The notes: generated by a model not told the origin, from the sequence alone. Numbered from the stretch's first letter, positions 29,337 to 39,967 are shown. The stretch: DNA of 64,000 nucleotides from an uncultured delta proteobacterium (GCA_963696385.1 CAVOKF010000004.1:288001-352000), one strand, 5' to 3'. Program-made: numbers and translations.

Positions 29337-29957
29337 ATGCAATCCAGCTTCCTTCGGGCGAGGCTCGCGTCGGCCCTTGCGGTGTTTCCGCTGGGTGTCT
29401 GGACGTTCGTCCACATCTGGCACAACCTGTCGGCCTTCGAAGGGCCGGATGCGTGGCAGGCTTCGGTCACGCAATATCCGCACCCCGTCGCAGAAGTGAT
29501 GACGGCCATCGTCGTCCTTTTGCCCTTGGCGCTTCATGCGATCTGGGGAATCGGTCGGCTGATGACGAGCCGGCCGAACAATCTAAGGTACCGACACTAC
29601 GCGAACCTGAAGTACCTCTTGCAGCGCGTGACGGCGGTTGGGATCTTCTTGTTTGTCGGAGCTCATCTCTGGCTTGCGTTGATCCGGCCTCGGCTCGTCG
29701 AAGGGCACGCCGAGGCTTTCGCAGACATCGCGCACGAAATGCACTACCACGGGCCGACGCTCGTCACGTATTTGCTCGGTACCCTGGGTGTCGCGTATCA
29801 CTTGGCCAACGGCGTTCAGACGTCGTGTATGAGTTGGGGCCTTGTGTCCAGCCGGCGCGGACTGCAGCGGCTGGAGCGATGCGCCGTCGCCCTGTTGGTC
29901 GTGCTTTGGGCCATGTCGTGGGGGGCGGTGTATGCGCTCTGGACGGCGGGCGCCTAG
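29337..29957 (+). CDS. Succinate dehydrogenase cytochrome b558 (type B SdhC)-like di-heme membrane protein
   Basis: RLAS..VFPLG...VH, LALHAIWG, KYLLQRVTA, GAHLW, AYHLANG...WG; four His in TM helices. Confidence 0.8.
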   Translation: MQSSFLRARLASALAVFPLGVWTFVHIWHNLSAFEGPDAWQASVTQYPHPVAEVMTAIVVLLPLALHAIWGIGRLMTSRPNNLRYRHYANLKYLLQRVTAVGIFLFVGAHLWLALIRPRLVEGHAEAFADIAHEMHYHGPTLVTYLLGTLGVAYHLANGVQTSCMSWGLVSSRRGLQRLERCAVALLVVLWAMSWGAVYALWTAGA

Positions 29958-30086
29958 AGCTCGACCTGGCTCAGACCGGCCGCCGTGGCCGCCGCCGACC
30001 TGGCTAGAAGCTCGAGCGCGACTCTCTCTCTCTCTCGATCTCTAGGTCCGCGCTGGCCGCGATTCGAGCCGCCCTCTAGCGAGCCA

Positions 30087-30485
30087 TCAGACGACGCCGA
30101 GCAGCTTGTTCATCGACGCCTCGTCGGCGGGCGTAAATGGGTATTGATCGAATTCGGCGCTCGTCACCCATCGAAACGCGTTGACGTTGGCCGCTTGCAG
30201 CGTCCGGCTGACGAGTGTGCATTCGTACAGGAACAGGTCGACGACGTAGTGCTCGTACGGGTGGCTCACGAAGGAAATGAGCTTGCCCACCTCGATCTCC
30301 GCGCCGAGGCGGTGGCGCACTTCCCGTTTGAGCGCGTGCGAGTCCGTCTCCGCGTTCTCGACGCGCCCGCCGGGAAACTCCCACAGCAACGGCAGAACCG
30401 CGCTGGCTCGGCGCTGGGTGATGAGATACCGGCCGTCGGCCTCGAGCACGGCGGCCACGACACGAATTGTCCGAGCCGCGCCCAT
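30087..30485 (-). CDS. NUDIX hydrolase (MutT/NudG-like)
   Basis: WEFPGGRVENAETDSHALKREVRHRLG Nudix box, with the usual EE replaced by HR. Confidence 0.85.
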   Translation of the reverse strand: MGAARTIRVVAAVLEADGRYLITQRRASAVLPLLWEFPGGRVENAETDSHALKREVRHRLGAEIEVGKLISFVSHPYEHYVVDLFLYECTLVSRTLQAANVNAFRWVTSAEFDQYPFTPADEASMNKLLGVV

Positions 30486-30576
30486 TGGACCAAGCGCTAG
30501 CCTATCACGCCGGGCGGTGGGTCCTATCGACACCCGGAAGGGCTGCGGTCCCGGGTGCAGCACGCGGTGACGTCGA

Positions 30577-31695
30577 TTAGACCGCTACGCGGAACAGCTG
30601 CTGTCCCATGAGCAGCACGTCGCCGGTGCGCACTTCCGCCTCCGTCGTGATCCTCATGAACGTGCCGTTCGAGCTGCCGAGATCCGTCAGGAACAATCGC
30701 TGCCCGTCCCACGAGAGACGGCAATGCAGCCCGGAGACGTAGCCGTCCTCGGGAAAAAGGATGTCGCCCCGCTCGCGGCCGAGGTGAACGCCGCTCTCGG
30801 GGACGGGAAACGCGTTGCCCGTGTCCTCGCGCCCGATGACGAGCGCAATCCGCCCGACGTAGCCTTTGCTCGGAGCTCCGAGCCGCTCGACGCCGTCGGC
30901 GGTGGGCGCCTGGGGCGCGAGCGGTTCGTACTTGATGATCTCCTGACCGATCCGGAAAATGTCGTTCGGTCGGAGCTCGACCGGCAGATCGCGACCGAGC
31001 TTCTTGTAGACGCCGTTGAGCGAGCCTTCGTCCTTGACGAACGCGCGGCCGGGTCCACCGGTCCGGAACGAAGCGTGCCGGGGCGACAGGTAGCTGTCTC
31101 CCGCAAAGATGGCCCCCGTTTCGCGTCCGACGACGCCTCCTCCCGGTACTTGGTACGTACCCGCCTCACTCCCATCGGCACGAAGCGCCGTCAGCACCAG
31201 CGCTCCGCTCGGAGCCTCGACGGGCGCTGCCGGTGGCGCCGCTCGCTGCGGTCCCGCGCCGAGGCGGAATCCACAGGAACCACAAAACAGGTTGGACGCC
31301 GTGTTCGTGTGCCCGCATTGAGGGCAAACGACCAAGCTCGCGGCCGGACTGCCGGCGCCCGGCGCGACGCCCGGCGAAACCGCCTGCGGCGCGGCCACGG
31401 GTTGCGGCTGCTGGGCGGGGCCGGCCGGGGCGGGCCCGGCGGCCGGCGCGCCTGGAGCGGCACCGCGCGTGGGCGAAGCGGCCGTGGCGGTGATCGCGAC
31501 GGTGCTCCCCAGCCCGAGCGGCGGGCCGGCGGCGACGGGACCGGGGGCGGAGGCCTGCGCTGCGCGCATGCCGTGCGGGGGCGTTTGCGGAGAAAACGGC
31601 TTGGGCGAAGCATCGCGAGGCAACTCCGCGCCACATCCGAGACAAAATTTATAGTGGTCTTGATTGTCCTTCGAGCACTTCGGACAGGTGATCAC
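30577..31695 (-). CDS. Zinc-ribbon + tandem FHA domain protein
   Basis: CPKC..CLGCG and CPQC..CGSCG; GR...SPRHA...SLNG and GR...SGLHC...DLGSSNGT. Confidence 0.9.
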   Translation of the reverse strand: MITCPKCSKDNQDHYKFCLGCGAELPRDASPKPFSPQTPPHGMRAAQASAPGPVAAGPPLGLGSTVAITATAASPTRGAAPGAPAAGPAPAGPAQQPQPVAAPQAVSPGVAPGAGSPAASLVVCPQCGHTNTASNLFCGSCGFRLGAGPQRAAPPAAPVEAPSGALVLTALRADGSEAGTYQVPGGGVVGRETGAIFAGDSYLSPRHASFRTGGPGRAFVKDEGSLNGVYKKLGRDLPVELRPNDIFRIGQEIIKYEPLAPQAPTADGVERLGAPSKGYVGRIALVIGREDTGNAFPVPESGVHLGRERGDILFPEDGYVSGLHCRLSWDGQRLFLTDLGSSNGTFMRITTEAEVRTGDVLLMGQQLFRVAV

Positions 31696-31817
31696 TCGGG
31701 CCTCCGCACGCGTTCGTCTCGAGCGATCGAGTATCTACGCCTCGGACCACCGGTCAAGCGTTGCCTCGATCTCACTCGATCGCGTGCGAGGTCGGACACA
31801 GTGGTAGCCTGCCTCGC

Positions 31818-32393
31818 ATGCCGAACGCCACGTTCCCAGCTATCGAGATCCAAGGCAAAGGTCAGCTCTATGCGCGTTTCGTCACCACCGAGGGCGACAT
31901 CGTCGTCCGATTGGAGGAGGAACGAGCCCCGAAAACGGTGCGCAACTTCGTCGGTCTTGCGACCGGGACGCAGGAGTGGGTGCATCCGCGAACCGGCAAG
32001 CCGCAGAAAGATCAAGCGTACTTCGACAATACGCTCTTTCACCGCGTCATCCCCAACTTCATGATTCAGGCCGGCGATCCGTTGGGCCAGGGGACCGGCG
32101 GCCCGGGGTACCGATTCGAAGACGAGTTTCACCCCGAGCTGCGTCACTCCGGCCCCGGAGTGCTTTCGATGGCGAATGCCGGGCCGGGGACGAACGGTTC
32201 GCAGTTTTTCATCACCGAACGAGCCACTCCCCATTTGGACAACCGCCATTCCGTATTCGGCTCCGTCGTCGCAGGACTTCCGGTCGTGGAAAAAATCGCG
32301 CGTGTCCCCACCGGGCCTCGCGACAAGCCCGTGAAGGATGTGGTCCTTCAACGCGTCGAAATCTTTCGAAGCGAATCCGCTCCTTCCGCCTGA
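31818..32393 (+). CDS. Cyclophilin-type peptidyl-prolyl isomerase
   Basis: [45 protein letters not shown]. Confidence 0.95.
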   Translation: MPNATFPAIEIQGKGQLYARFVTTEGDIVVRLEEERAPKTVRNFVGLATGTQEWVHPRTGKPQKDQAYFDNTLFHRVIPNFMIQAGDPLGQGTGGPGYRFEDEFHPELRHSGPGVLSMANAGPGTNGSQFFITERATPHLDNRHSVFGSVVAGLPVVEKIARVPTGPRDKPVKDVVLQRVEIFRSESAPSA

Positions 32394-33253
32394 GCCCCCG
32401 AAACGGCTTTGGCGTACGCCTCCGCGCGCGCCGCGCGGACCTGCCCCAACGCCGCAAGGACTGGGGCGCGAGCGGCGAGAGCGCGCGCCTTGAGCACGAC
32501 GTCGACGGCGACGTCGACGTCCCGCAGATCGCCGAGGCGTCGCTGGAGACGGGCCGCCAGCGGCGCCAGTGTCGCGAGATCGTCGGGCAGCGCTTCGACG
32601 AACGCTTCGGCGGTGTAGCGCAGGCGCTTGTACGCGATGCGCAGTCGATGCAGGGCCTCCGCGTCGTCGATCGCCGGCTGCTCGATCCGCTCGGTCGCCG
32701 TCTTGGCGCTGTCGACCGCACGGCGAGCGAATTTCGTCAGACGCTTGTCCTTTGCGGGGTTGACCCGAAATGCCAGCAGTGCCGAGAGCAACGCTCGAGC
32801 GCGATCGATCTCCCCGGCCCGCACGATCCGCCGCAGCGCGGTGCGCAGCCGTCGTTCTCGGCGTCGCCGCGCTTCGAGCCACGTCGCCGTGTTGGCGTCG
32901 GCGAGTCCCAGCGACTCGACGAGAGCGATCAGGACCTCCTCGTCGCGCACGGCGCCGGTTGCCCGATGCACGTGCCGCAGCGCCCGCCGGACTTCATCGA
33001 CGCGAAAGCGGCCGAACACGTCGGCACTGACTTCGAGCAGGGTACGCATGCGCCGGAGCACGACGCGCAGATCGTGTACCGCGGGGTCGGTTCCGATGCG
33101 CGGCGCATCCGGGCCCCGGCGAAAGCCCCGCCCACCTTGCAGCACGCGTTGGCTGGCATCCTGCAGCGCCCCGTCCAGATCGCGCAGTTTGGCTCCCAGA
33201 AACTCCCCGACCCTGCGGGGTGCATCGGGCGCGGGCGCTTCGGTGCCGATCAT
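32348..33253 (-). CDS. CHAD domain protein
   Basis: [43 protein letters not shown]. Confidence 0.9.
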   Translation of the reverse strand: MIGTEAPAPDAPRRVGEFLGAKLRDLDGALQDASQRVLQGGRGFRRGPDAPRIGTDPAVHDLRVVLRRMRTLLEVSADVFGRFRVDEVRRALRHVHRATGAVRDEEVLIALVESLGLADANTATWLEARRRRERRLRTALRRIVRAGEIDRARALLSALLAFRVNPAKDKRLTKFARRAVDSAKTATERIEQPAIDDAEALHRLRIAYKRLRYTAEAFVEALPDDLATLAPLAARLQRRLGDLRDVDVAVDVVLKARALAARAPVLAALGQVRAARAEAYAKAVSGAQAEGADSLRKISTR

Positions 33254-34908
33254 GGTCTCCGCAATACCGTGACCAGCGTCGTCGGCTTGAATCCGAGCGC
33301 TCGCCCAAGGACCCTTCGAACGACCTGACGGACGGCTTCGGCAATGCTTTCGTCACTCGCCTGAACGTCGCAGAGCGGTCGAGCGGCCGCGAGCGCTTCG
33401 ACCCGAGCGGTGGCGACCAGCGCTCCATCGAGCGCGTCATCGAGCACACCCCGCGAGGTGAAGGCGACTTCGCCGACGCGTCCCCCGTCGATGGGCACCG
33501 TGACGTGGGCCACGCCGCGCGCGGCCAGTGCCAACCGCTCCTCGAGGACGGCGTCGGGCAAAGCACGGCCCGCAAAAACATGGACGCGTCCGGCGCGGAC
33601 GCGTCCAGCGGACCGCAGACTCGTCTCGTCAATCTCGGCGACGTGGCCGTTCTCCAGCACGCAGACTTCCGGCACGCCGCGCTCCCGCGCGAGTGCGGCG
33701 TGGCGTTGCAGGTGGTGGAGCGTGCCATGCACCGGAATGAACGCCCGGGGTCGCACGAGATCGATCATACGGAGCTGCTCGGCGCGGTGGGCGTGCCCGC
33801 TCACGTGCAGCGCACGATCGGACCACCAGGTGCGCAGGTGGACCCCGCGCCGCAAGAGGTCCGTCATCACCCGCATGACTTCGGGCTCGTTGCCGGGGAT
33901 CACCCGGCTCGACAGGACGATGAGGTCGCCCGCCTCCAAAGCCAACGCCGGATGTTCGCCCCGGCCGAGCCGGCCCAGCGCCGCGGCCGCCTCCCCCTGC
34001 GAGCCGGTGGCGACGCCGAGGATAGCCCGGCGGGGCAACTCGCGCGCACGCTCCACGGGCCACACGAGGTCCGAGGGCCATTCGAGGTAGGGCCGGCCTG
34101 CGTGTTGCCCTGTCGAGCGCGCCGTTCTGCGCGCCACGCGGGCGTGGGTCGATACGCTGCGGCCGAACATGACGATCTTACGGCCGTGGCGTTTCGCGAT
34201 GTCTCCGAGCATCCGAAGGCGATGGACGTTCGACGCGAACATGCCGACGATGACGGCATGTGCAGCGTCGCCCACCATTCCGTCGAGGGCGCGGCCCACG
34301 CCTTGCTCGCTCCCCGTCGGTCCGGCCGCGTCGATGTTGGTCGAATCGCTCAGCAGGAGCCGGACGCCTTCGTGCGCGAGATCCTCGAAGCGTTCGACGT
34401 CGAAGGCCTCCCCGTCCGGTGGGGCATCGTCGAACTTGAAATCGCCCGTATGGATCACGAGGCCTGCGTCGGTCCGAATCGCCAGCGCGGTCGCGTCGGC
34501 GATCGAGTGGGTCACCCGAATTGGTTCGATCTCGAACGAGCCGACCCTTTCGGGCGATCGCGGGGTGACGCAATGCAGCTGCACGTGATTGAGGATCTCG
34601 TGCTCGGCGGCGCGTTCGCGCACGAGCCCCAGCGCATATCGCGGCCCGTAGACCGGGACGTCGAAGCGCCGGAGCAGGTACGGAATGGCGCCGATGTGGT
34701 CTTCGTGGCCGTGCGTCACGAAAAGCCCCGCGATGCGGTAGTCGGCGAGCGCCTCGAAGTCGGGATGAACGACGTCCACTCCGAGACCCCGATCGTCGAA
34801 TGCGACACCGCAATCGACGATGAGCACCTCTCCGCGCTGCTCGAGCGCGAGGCAGTTCATTCCGATTTCGCCCAGGCCACCGAGAGGGAAGAGGCGAAGG
34901 GAAGGCAT
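33250..34908 (-). CDS. rnj: Ribonuclease J
   Basis: PLGGLGEIGMN, THGHEDHIGA, HTGDFK, SDSTN, TGSQGE, IPGNE, HVSGHA, PVHG. Confidence 0.95.
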   Translation of the reverse strand: MPSLRLFPLGGLGEIGMNCLALEQRGEVLIVDCGVAFDDRGLGVDVVHPDFEALADYRIAGLFVTHGHEDHIGAIPYLLRRFDVPVYGPRYALGLVRERAAEHEILNHVQLHCVTPRSPERVGSFEIEPIRVTHSIADATALAIRTDAGLVIHTGDFKFDDAPPDGEAFDVERFEDLAHEGVRLLLSDSTNIDAAGPTGSEQGVGRALDGMVGDAAHAVIVGMFASNVHRLRMLGDIAKRHGRKIVMFGRSVSTHARVARRTARSTGQHAGRPYLEWPSDLVWPVERARELPRRAILGVATGSQGEAAAALGRLGRGEHPALALEAGDLIVLSSRVIPGNEPEVMRVMTDLLRRGVHLRTWWSDRALHVSGHAHRAEQLRMIDLVRPRAFIPVHGTLHHLQRHAALARERGVPEVCVLENGHVAEIDETSLRSAGRVRAGRVHVFAGRALPDAVLEERLALAARGVAHVTVPIDGGRVGEVAFTSRGVLDDALDGALVATARVEALAAARPLCDVQASDESIAEAVRQVVRRVLGRALGFKPTTLVTVLRRP

Positions 34909-34973
34909 TTCCCGTAGAGTCTGCCCCTCCTTAGCACGGCCGGTCGTGCTATGCGTGGGCGTCCTACCCGGGT

Positions 34974-35888
34974 ATGTCGACGCTCGCCGGCAAGCGATTC
35001 ATCCTCGTTACCGGCAAGGGCGGAGTCGGCAAGACGACGGTCTGCGCGGCCCATGCCCTTGCGCTGTCGGCTTCGGGACGCCGTGTTCTCGTCGCCATGT
35101 GCAACGCGAAGGAGCGTTTGAGCACGATGCTCGGGAGCGCGCCGATTGGGCCCGATATCGTCCAGGTCGCGCAGCTCGTCTGGGCGGTCAACATCACGCC
35201 CGAAAAGGCCCTTCAAGAGTACGGCACGCTCGTGCTGCGGAGCCGGGCCCTGTCGAAGACGATCTTCGACAACCGCTACGCGCACGGGTTCTTGCGAGCC
35301 GTTCCGGGAATGCAAGAATGGTCGATGCTCGGCAAGGCGTGGTGGCACACGACCGAAAAGTCGCATGACGGGTCGTTCAAGTACGACACGGTGATCCTCG
35401 ACGCGCCTGCGACTGGCCACGGCCTCGACATGCTTCGGGTGCCCAAAGTGATCCTGGACGTCATGCCGCCCGGGCTGCTTCGCAGGGATGCCGAGCGCGC
35501 ATGGGCGCTCTTTCAGGATCGATCGAACTGCGCGATCGTCGTCGTGACCCTGCCCGAAGAAATGCCCACCAGCGAGACGATCGAGCTTGCGCGGGGCCTC
35601 GATGCCATCGGCCTTTCGGTCGGGTGCGTCGTGGCCAACGCTGTCGTTCCGCCTCTGTTCTCTGCGGTCGAGCGGTCGAGCCTGCTGTCGCTTTCGAGCT
35701 TCGAGGTGCGCTCGCGGGGCGACGCCGCCATCGGCGCCGCCATCGAACGTGCGAGGCGGGAAGGGATCCAGGCCGAAAGCCTGAGTCGGCTTTCGACCGA
35801 ACTGGGTCTGTCGCCCGTCGTACTGCCGCTCTTGTTCCGCGATGCGGCGCTGCCCGACGCCATTCGCGAGCTGGCCTTGCACGTGTGA
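34974..35888 (+). CDS. ArsA/GET3-family ATPase
   Basis: TGKGGVGKTT, DAPATGH, TLPEEMP. Confidence 0.88.
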   Translation: MSTLAGKRFILVTGKGGVGKTTVCAAHALALSASGRRVLVAMCNAKERLSTMLGSAPIGPDIVQVAQLVWAVNITPEKALQEYGTLVLRSRALSKTIFDNRYAHGFLRAVPGMQEWSMLGKAWWHTTEKSHDGSFKYDTVILDAPATGHGLDMLRVPKVILDVMPPGLLRRDAERAWALFQDRSNCAIVVVTLPEEMPTSETIELARGLDAIGLSVGCVVANAVVPPLFSAVERSSLLSLSSFEVRSRGDAAIGAAIERARREGIQAESLSRLSTELGLSPVVLPLLFRDAALPDAIRELALHV

Positions 35889-35939
35889 CGAGATGGCCGC
35901 CGGGTGACGGCGAGTCCGACCACGGACCCTCGAGCCTCG

Positions 35940-36527
35940 TTACGCGCTCTTCAAGTTTTGCAGCGCGAAGTCCCAGTTGACCAACGACTTCAAGAACGTC
36001 TCGACGTATTTGGGCCGGGCGTTGCGGTAGTCGATGTAATAGGCGTGCTCCCAGACATCGATGGTCAAAAGGGCCTTCTGACCGTGCTTTAGCGGCAGGT
36101 CGGCATTTGCGGTCTTGGTGACGGCGAGCTTTTTGTCTTTGCCGAGCACGAGCCAGGCCCAACCGGAGCCAAATTGGCTCGTGGCCGCATTCGAGAGCTC
36201 CTCGATGACCTTTTCGACGGACCCGAAGTCGCGCGTGATGGCATCCGCGAGTTCGCCCGGGGGCTGCCCGCCCCCCGCCGGCTTGATCGACAGCCAGTAG
36301 AAGTTGTGGTTCCAGATTTGCGCGGCGTTGTTGAATACGGGACCCTCGCTCGAGAGGACCACGTCCTCGAGGCTCTTGGTCGCGTCCGGTTTGCCTTCGA
36401 GCAGCTTGTTCAGGTTCGTCACGTAAGCTTGGTGGTGCTTTCCGTGATGGTAATCGAGCGTCTCGGCGCTGATGTGGGGCGCGAGCGCGTTCTTGTCGTA
36501 CGGCAACGAGGGTAGCGAGAACGCCAT
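35940..36527 (-). CDS. sodB: Fe/Mn superoxide dismutase, probably Fe type
   Basis: HHGKHH, FNNAAQIWNH (Fe-type AAQ), FGSGWAWL, DVWEHAYY. Confidence 0.93.
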   Translation of the reverse strand: MAFSLPSLPYDKNALAPHISAETLDYHHGKHHQAYVTNLNKLLEGKPDATKSLEDVVLSSEGPVFNNAAQIWNHNFYWLSIKPAGGGQPPGELADAITRDFGSVEKVIEELSNAATSQFGSGWAWLVLGKDKKLAVTKTANADLPLKHGQKALLTIDVWEHAYYIDYRNARPKYVETFLKSLVNWDFALQNLKSA

Positions 36528-36663
36528 GGCAGGTCTCCTTCTGGAAGGGTCAGCGATCTGACATTGCTGCGGCGCGACTCGCTGTCAACGGTGCGATGGT
36601 GAAATCCGAGGCTCAAATGGGATCCGCCCTGCGCCGGGGGGCGGTTCGAGCCTGCTTGGTGGT

Positions 36664-37020
36664 CTAGCCGAGATCGCCAGGAACCGGTTCGGCGTGCTGC
36701 ACGAGCAGCTTCTCGATGAGGTTTTTGGAATACGCCGAGAGTTCTCGGAAAACGACGCCCATCCCAGCCGGGTCCTTTTCGACGCGAACGACCTCACCGA
36801 CGCCCTCGATCGTCTCGATATCGTCCATGATGACCGTGAACCGGAGATTCACGCGCGTGCCGACCGCAAGCGGTTGCTGGGTCTTGATGAAGACGCCGGT
36901 GCGCGAGATGTTGGTCACGTATTCCTGGATGAAAGCATCGAACGATTCGAACTCCTTGTTGATCGTGACGCGCTCGCCCGATCGCTTCTCGGCGTCATCG
37001 TCCATGGCTGCTCCCGTCAT
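36664..37020 (-). CDS. Stand-alone PilZ protein (myxobacterial TIGR02266-like)
   Basis: RSGER (RxxxR), FIQEYVTNISRTGVFI, GEVVRV, GMGVVF; ATGA overlap with the RNase E/G stop (alternative ATG at 37005). Confidence 0.88.
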   Translation of the reverse strand: MTGAAMDDDAEKRSGERVTINKEFESFDAFIQEYVTNISRTGVFIKTQQPLAVGTRVNLRFTVIMDDIETIEGVGEVVRVEKDPAGMGVVFRELSAYSKNLIEKLLVQHAEPVPGDLG

Positions 37021-39230
37021 TTGCCCGAGAGATCGAACTGTTCGAGGTGGTATTCGGTCCGCGGGCTGACTTGAATCCGCCGCATGTACCGGCTTTCCGC
37101 GTCGACGAGGGCGCTCTTCTGCGCTCCAGTCAAAAAGTCCGCCACCGCCGGGTGGCAGTTCACGACGATGGTGTAGCCGGGCAAATCTTGACGCTTTCGG
37201 CGGATCTCGCGCAAGACCTCGTAAGCGATCGTCTCTTTCGACTGCAAGTGACCCGTACCGTCGCAGTAGAAGCAAGGTTCGTGCAGCAGCCGGCCGAGGC
37301 TCTCTCTCGTCCGCTTTCGCGTCATCTCGATGAGACCGAGCTCCGAGATGCGATTCAGCGTCGTCTTGGCCTTGTCGCGCTGCAAAAGTTCGTCCAGCGT
37401 CTTTCGTACCTTCTCGCGGTTCGACGGCTTCTCCATGTCGATGAGGTCGAGAATGATGAGTCCGCCGATGTTTCGGAAGCGAAGCTGGTAGGCGATCTCG
37501 TTGACGGCCTCGAGGTTGGTCTTGAGGATCGTCTCTTCCATGTCCTTGCTGCCTTTGCCCACGAACCTCCCTGTGTTGATGTCGATCGCGGTGAGCGCTT
37601 CGGCCTCGTCGATGATGAGATAGCCGCCGCTCGGCAGCGGGACCTTGCGCGACAGCGCGCGCGAGATCTCGTCCTCGATTCCGTACGCGTCGAAGATCGG
37701 CTCGTCGTCGCCGTAATACGAGACGTCCTTGAGCCGTTCGGGCATGAACATCTCGACGAATCGGCAAAGTCGGTCGTATTGGGGGCGATCGTCGATGACA
37801 ATCTCGTCGACCTCGTCGGAGAAGAGGTCGCGCGCCGTCTTGAGCACGATGTCGAGTTCGCCAAGCAAAAGCGCCGGAGCCTTTGCGCCTTCGTGACTTC
37901 GGGCAACCTCGCCCCAAAGATGGACCAAATAGCCCACGTCTTGTTTGAGTTGCTTCTTGGTCAGCCCTTCGGCCACGGTGCGCACGATCAAACCGCCGGC
38001 CGGGGGTTTCATGCTCACGATCGCTTCCCGCAGCCGTGCGCGCTCCTTGTCGCTGCCGATTCGCTTGCTGATGCCCACGTGCTCGAGAGTGGGCAAGTAC
38101 ACGACGTAGCGGCCCGGCAGCGAGATGTGGCTCGAGCAGCGCGCCCCCTTCGTTCCAATCGGCTCTTTGGTGATCTGGACGATGATGTCCTGTCCCTCCT
38201 TGACCACGTCGCGGATGGGGGTGGACTTCGACAACCGGCCCGGCGTGAGGGCTCGGGGACGCTCGCGGTGCTCGCGCTGGGGCTGCTCGCGGCCGCGTCC
38301 AGCCCCCCGGTCGCGCCCGCGCCCTCTGCCTCGTCGGCGGTCTCCCCCCCCGCCGCGCCCTTCGCGTGGTCCGTCCATTCGGGGCGCAGGGGCGCGAGGC
38401 ATCGGGGCGCCCACCTCCGTCACCGTGAAACCCGGAAGATTCGGATTCGCGAGCAAGTCTTCCAGATCGTCTTCGGTAGGGGGCGAGGGCTCGCTGTCCG
38501 GGTCGTCGATCAGCGGCAGCGTCGGCTCGTCCCAATCGGAACCAGTCGGAGCCGCCGCGTCCGCTTCGTCGAGTGTGGAGTCCGCTTCGGCCTCGCCCCG
38601 CTCGGCATCGTGTTCCGGGCCCGCCAACGGCATCTCGTCGTCGATCCCGGCGTCATCGGCCAGGTCGGTGGTGCCGGCGTCGTCGGCCAGGTCGGCGGTA
38701 CCGGCGTCGTCGGCCAAGTCCGTGGGGACATCCTCCTCGTGCAGCGCGCCGCGGTCGGCCGATTCGAAGACCGACTCCTCCAATCTCGGGGCCTGCTCGC
38801 TCGCGTCGGGCTCGCTATCGGGCGGGCCTTCGACGGCCTCCGCTACGGGCGGGACGGCGTCCTCGTCGGCAACGCCGTTGTCCACCTCCGACTCGCCGGC
38901 GTCTGCGTTTGGGTCGCCCTGGGAACCACCGCCTTCGGACGTGCCGAGCGCTTGCTTGCGCCCGCCCGCCAGGTACGTCTCGAAATCATCCGGCCGGATG
39001 AGATCTTCGACGTGCAAGAACGCGGCACGCTCGAGCCCGATATCGACGAAGGCGGCCTGCAAGCCCGGAAGGACACGAGTCACCTTCCCCAAGTAGACGT
39101 CGCCGACGGTGCCGCCGCGCGGATGGGCGCCGCGGCGCTCGATGTGAAGCTCGGCAATGATGCCGTTTTCGATGAGCGCGACCCGCGTCTCGGCTAGGTC
39201 GCATGAAATGACGAGAATATTTTTAGCCAT
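37017..39230 (-). CDS. Ribonuclease E/G family with a large insertion in the S1 domain
   Basis: GKVTRVLPGLQAAFVDIG, VQITKEPIGTKGAR, LPSGGYLII, IDINTG, GGLIILDLIDM, CFYCDGTG. Confidence 0.95.
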   Translation of the reverse strand: MAKNILVISCDLAETRVALIENGIIAELHIERRGAHPRGGTVGDVYLGKVTRVLPGLQAAFVDIGLERAAFLHVEDLIRPDDFETYLAGGRKQALGTSEGGGSQGDPNADAGESEVDNGVADEDAVPPVAEAVEGPPDSEPDASEQAPRLEESVFESADRGALHEEDVPTDLADDAGTADLADDAGTTDLADDAGIDDEMPLAGPEHDAERGEAEADSTLDEADAAAPTGSDWDEPTLPLIDDPDSEPSPPTEDDLEDLLANPNLPGFTVTEVGAPMPRAPAPRMDGPREGRGGGGDRRRGRGRGRDRGAGRGREQPQREHRERPRALTPGRLSKSTPIRDVVKEGQDIIVQITKEPIGTKGARCSSHISLPGRYVVYLPTLEHVGISKRIGSDKERARLREAIVSMKPPAGGLIVRTVAEGLTKKQLKQDVGYLVHLWGEVARSHEGAKAPALLLGELDIVLKTARDLFSDEVDEIVIDDRPQYDRLCRFVEMFMPERLKDVSYYGDDEPIFDAYGIEDEISRALSRKVPLPSGGYLIIDEAEALTAIDINTGRFVGKGSKDMEETILKTNLEAVNEIAYQLRFRNIGGLIILDLIDMEKPSNREKVRKTLDELLQRDKAKTTLNRISELGLIEMTRKRTRESLGRLLHEPCFYCDGTGHLQSKETIAYEVLREIRRKRQDLPGYTIVVNCHPAVADFLTGAQKSALVDAESRYMRRIQVSPRTEYHLEQFDLSGK
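38647..38723. repeat. 27-bp x3 repeat (T-x-DLADDAG) inside the RNase E/G insertion
   Basis: Units at 38647, 38674, 38701. Confidence 0.85.
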
Positions 39231-39703
39231 ACGATGGCAAGCTTTCCCGCCCGAGACGACGAATCGCCACCCGATGGCGCACGGCGCGTATAGCCGTCGC
39301 TACGACGGCACGCGCCATAGCCATGACGATCGCCCCGAAGTCGCATGCGCATACCGGAAAAAAACAGCAACTCGTTACCTCAGGCGCCGCCGCGGTGATT
39401 GCCGCCGCGCTCTTCGCGCGCGGTCCCTAGGCGACTGGAGTGACTTAAACGGTCGCAACCCGTGAAGGTCGCGAACAGAAACATTTTTTGGGCGGCGCGG
39501 ATCCCAGCTGACGCCCGGTCGCGCTTGCCTACCCTTTCGATTACCGGAAATCCGTCCGGCTGGCCAGCCCGATGAGAGCCAAAGCAGGCCCCTCGTACGT
39601 CACGGCCCAAAAGCATCGCGAAAGACATGCCGAGCACTCGCTCGACGGGGCCGATTGGCCGCGTCCGTCGCCCTTCGCTATCCATCCGCGGAGTCCGATC
39701 GAA

Positions 39704-39781
<78 letters not shown>

Positions 39782-39967
39782 GCACGCGCCTCTCTAGGCG
39801 ACCCGTCAGCACACTACTGCGGAGCCCGGGTCCCGTCGAGCACAATTTCGGTGCAAGCTCGCCGCCGGAGGCCGTTGCCCTGCCGTGCCCTGCCGAGTGC
39901 GCTTGACGCCGCCTCGGGTCAATCCATGCGCTTGCTGCGCGTGCCGCTGGGAGTCTACGGTGCGGTC

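Noticed and set aside
36585..36660. tRNA-like GGTTCGAGCC motif
   Set aside because: No cloverleaf; better explained by the CCGCCC/GGGCGG hairpin after the PilZ gene
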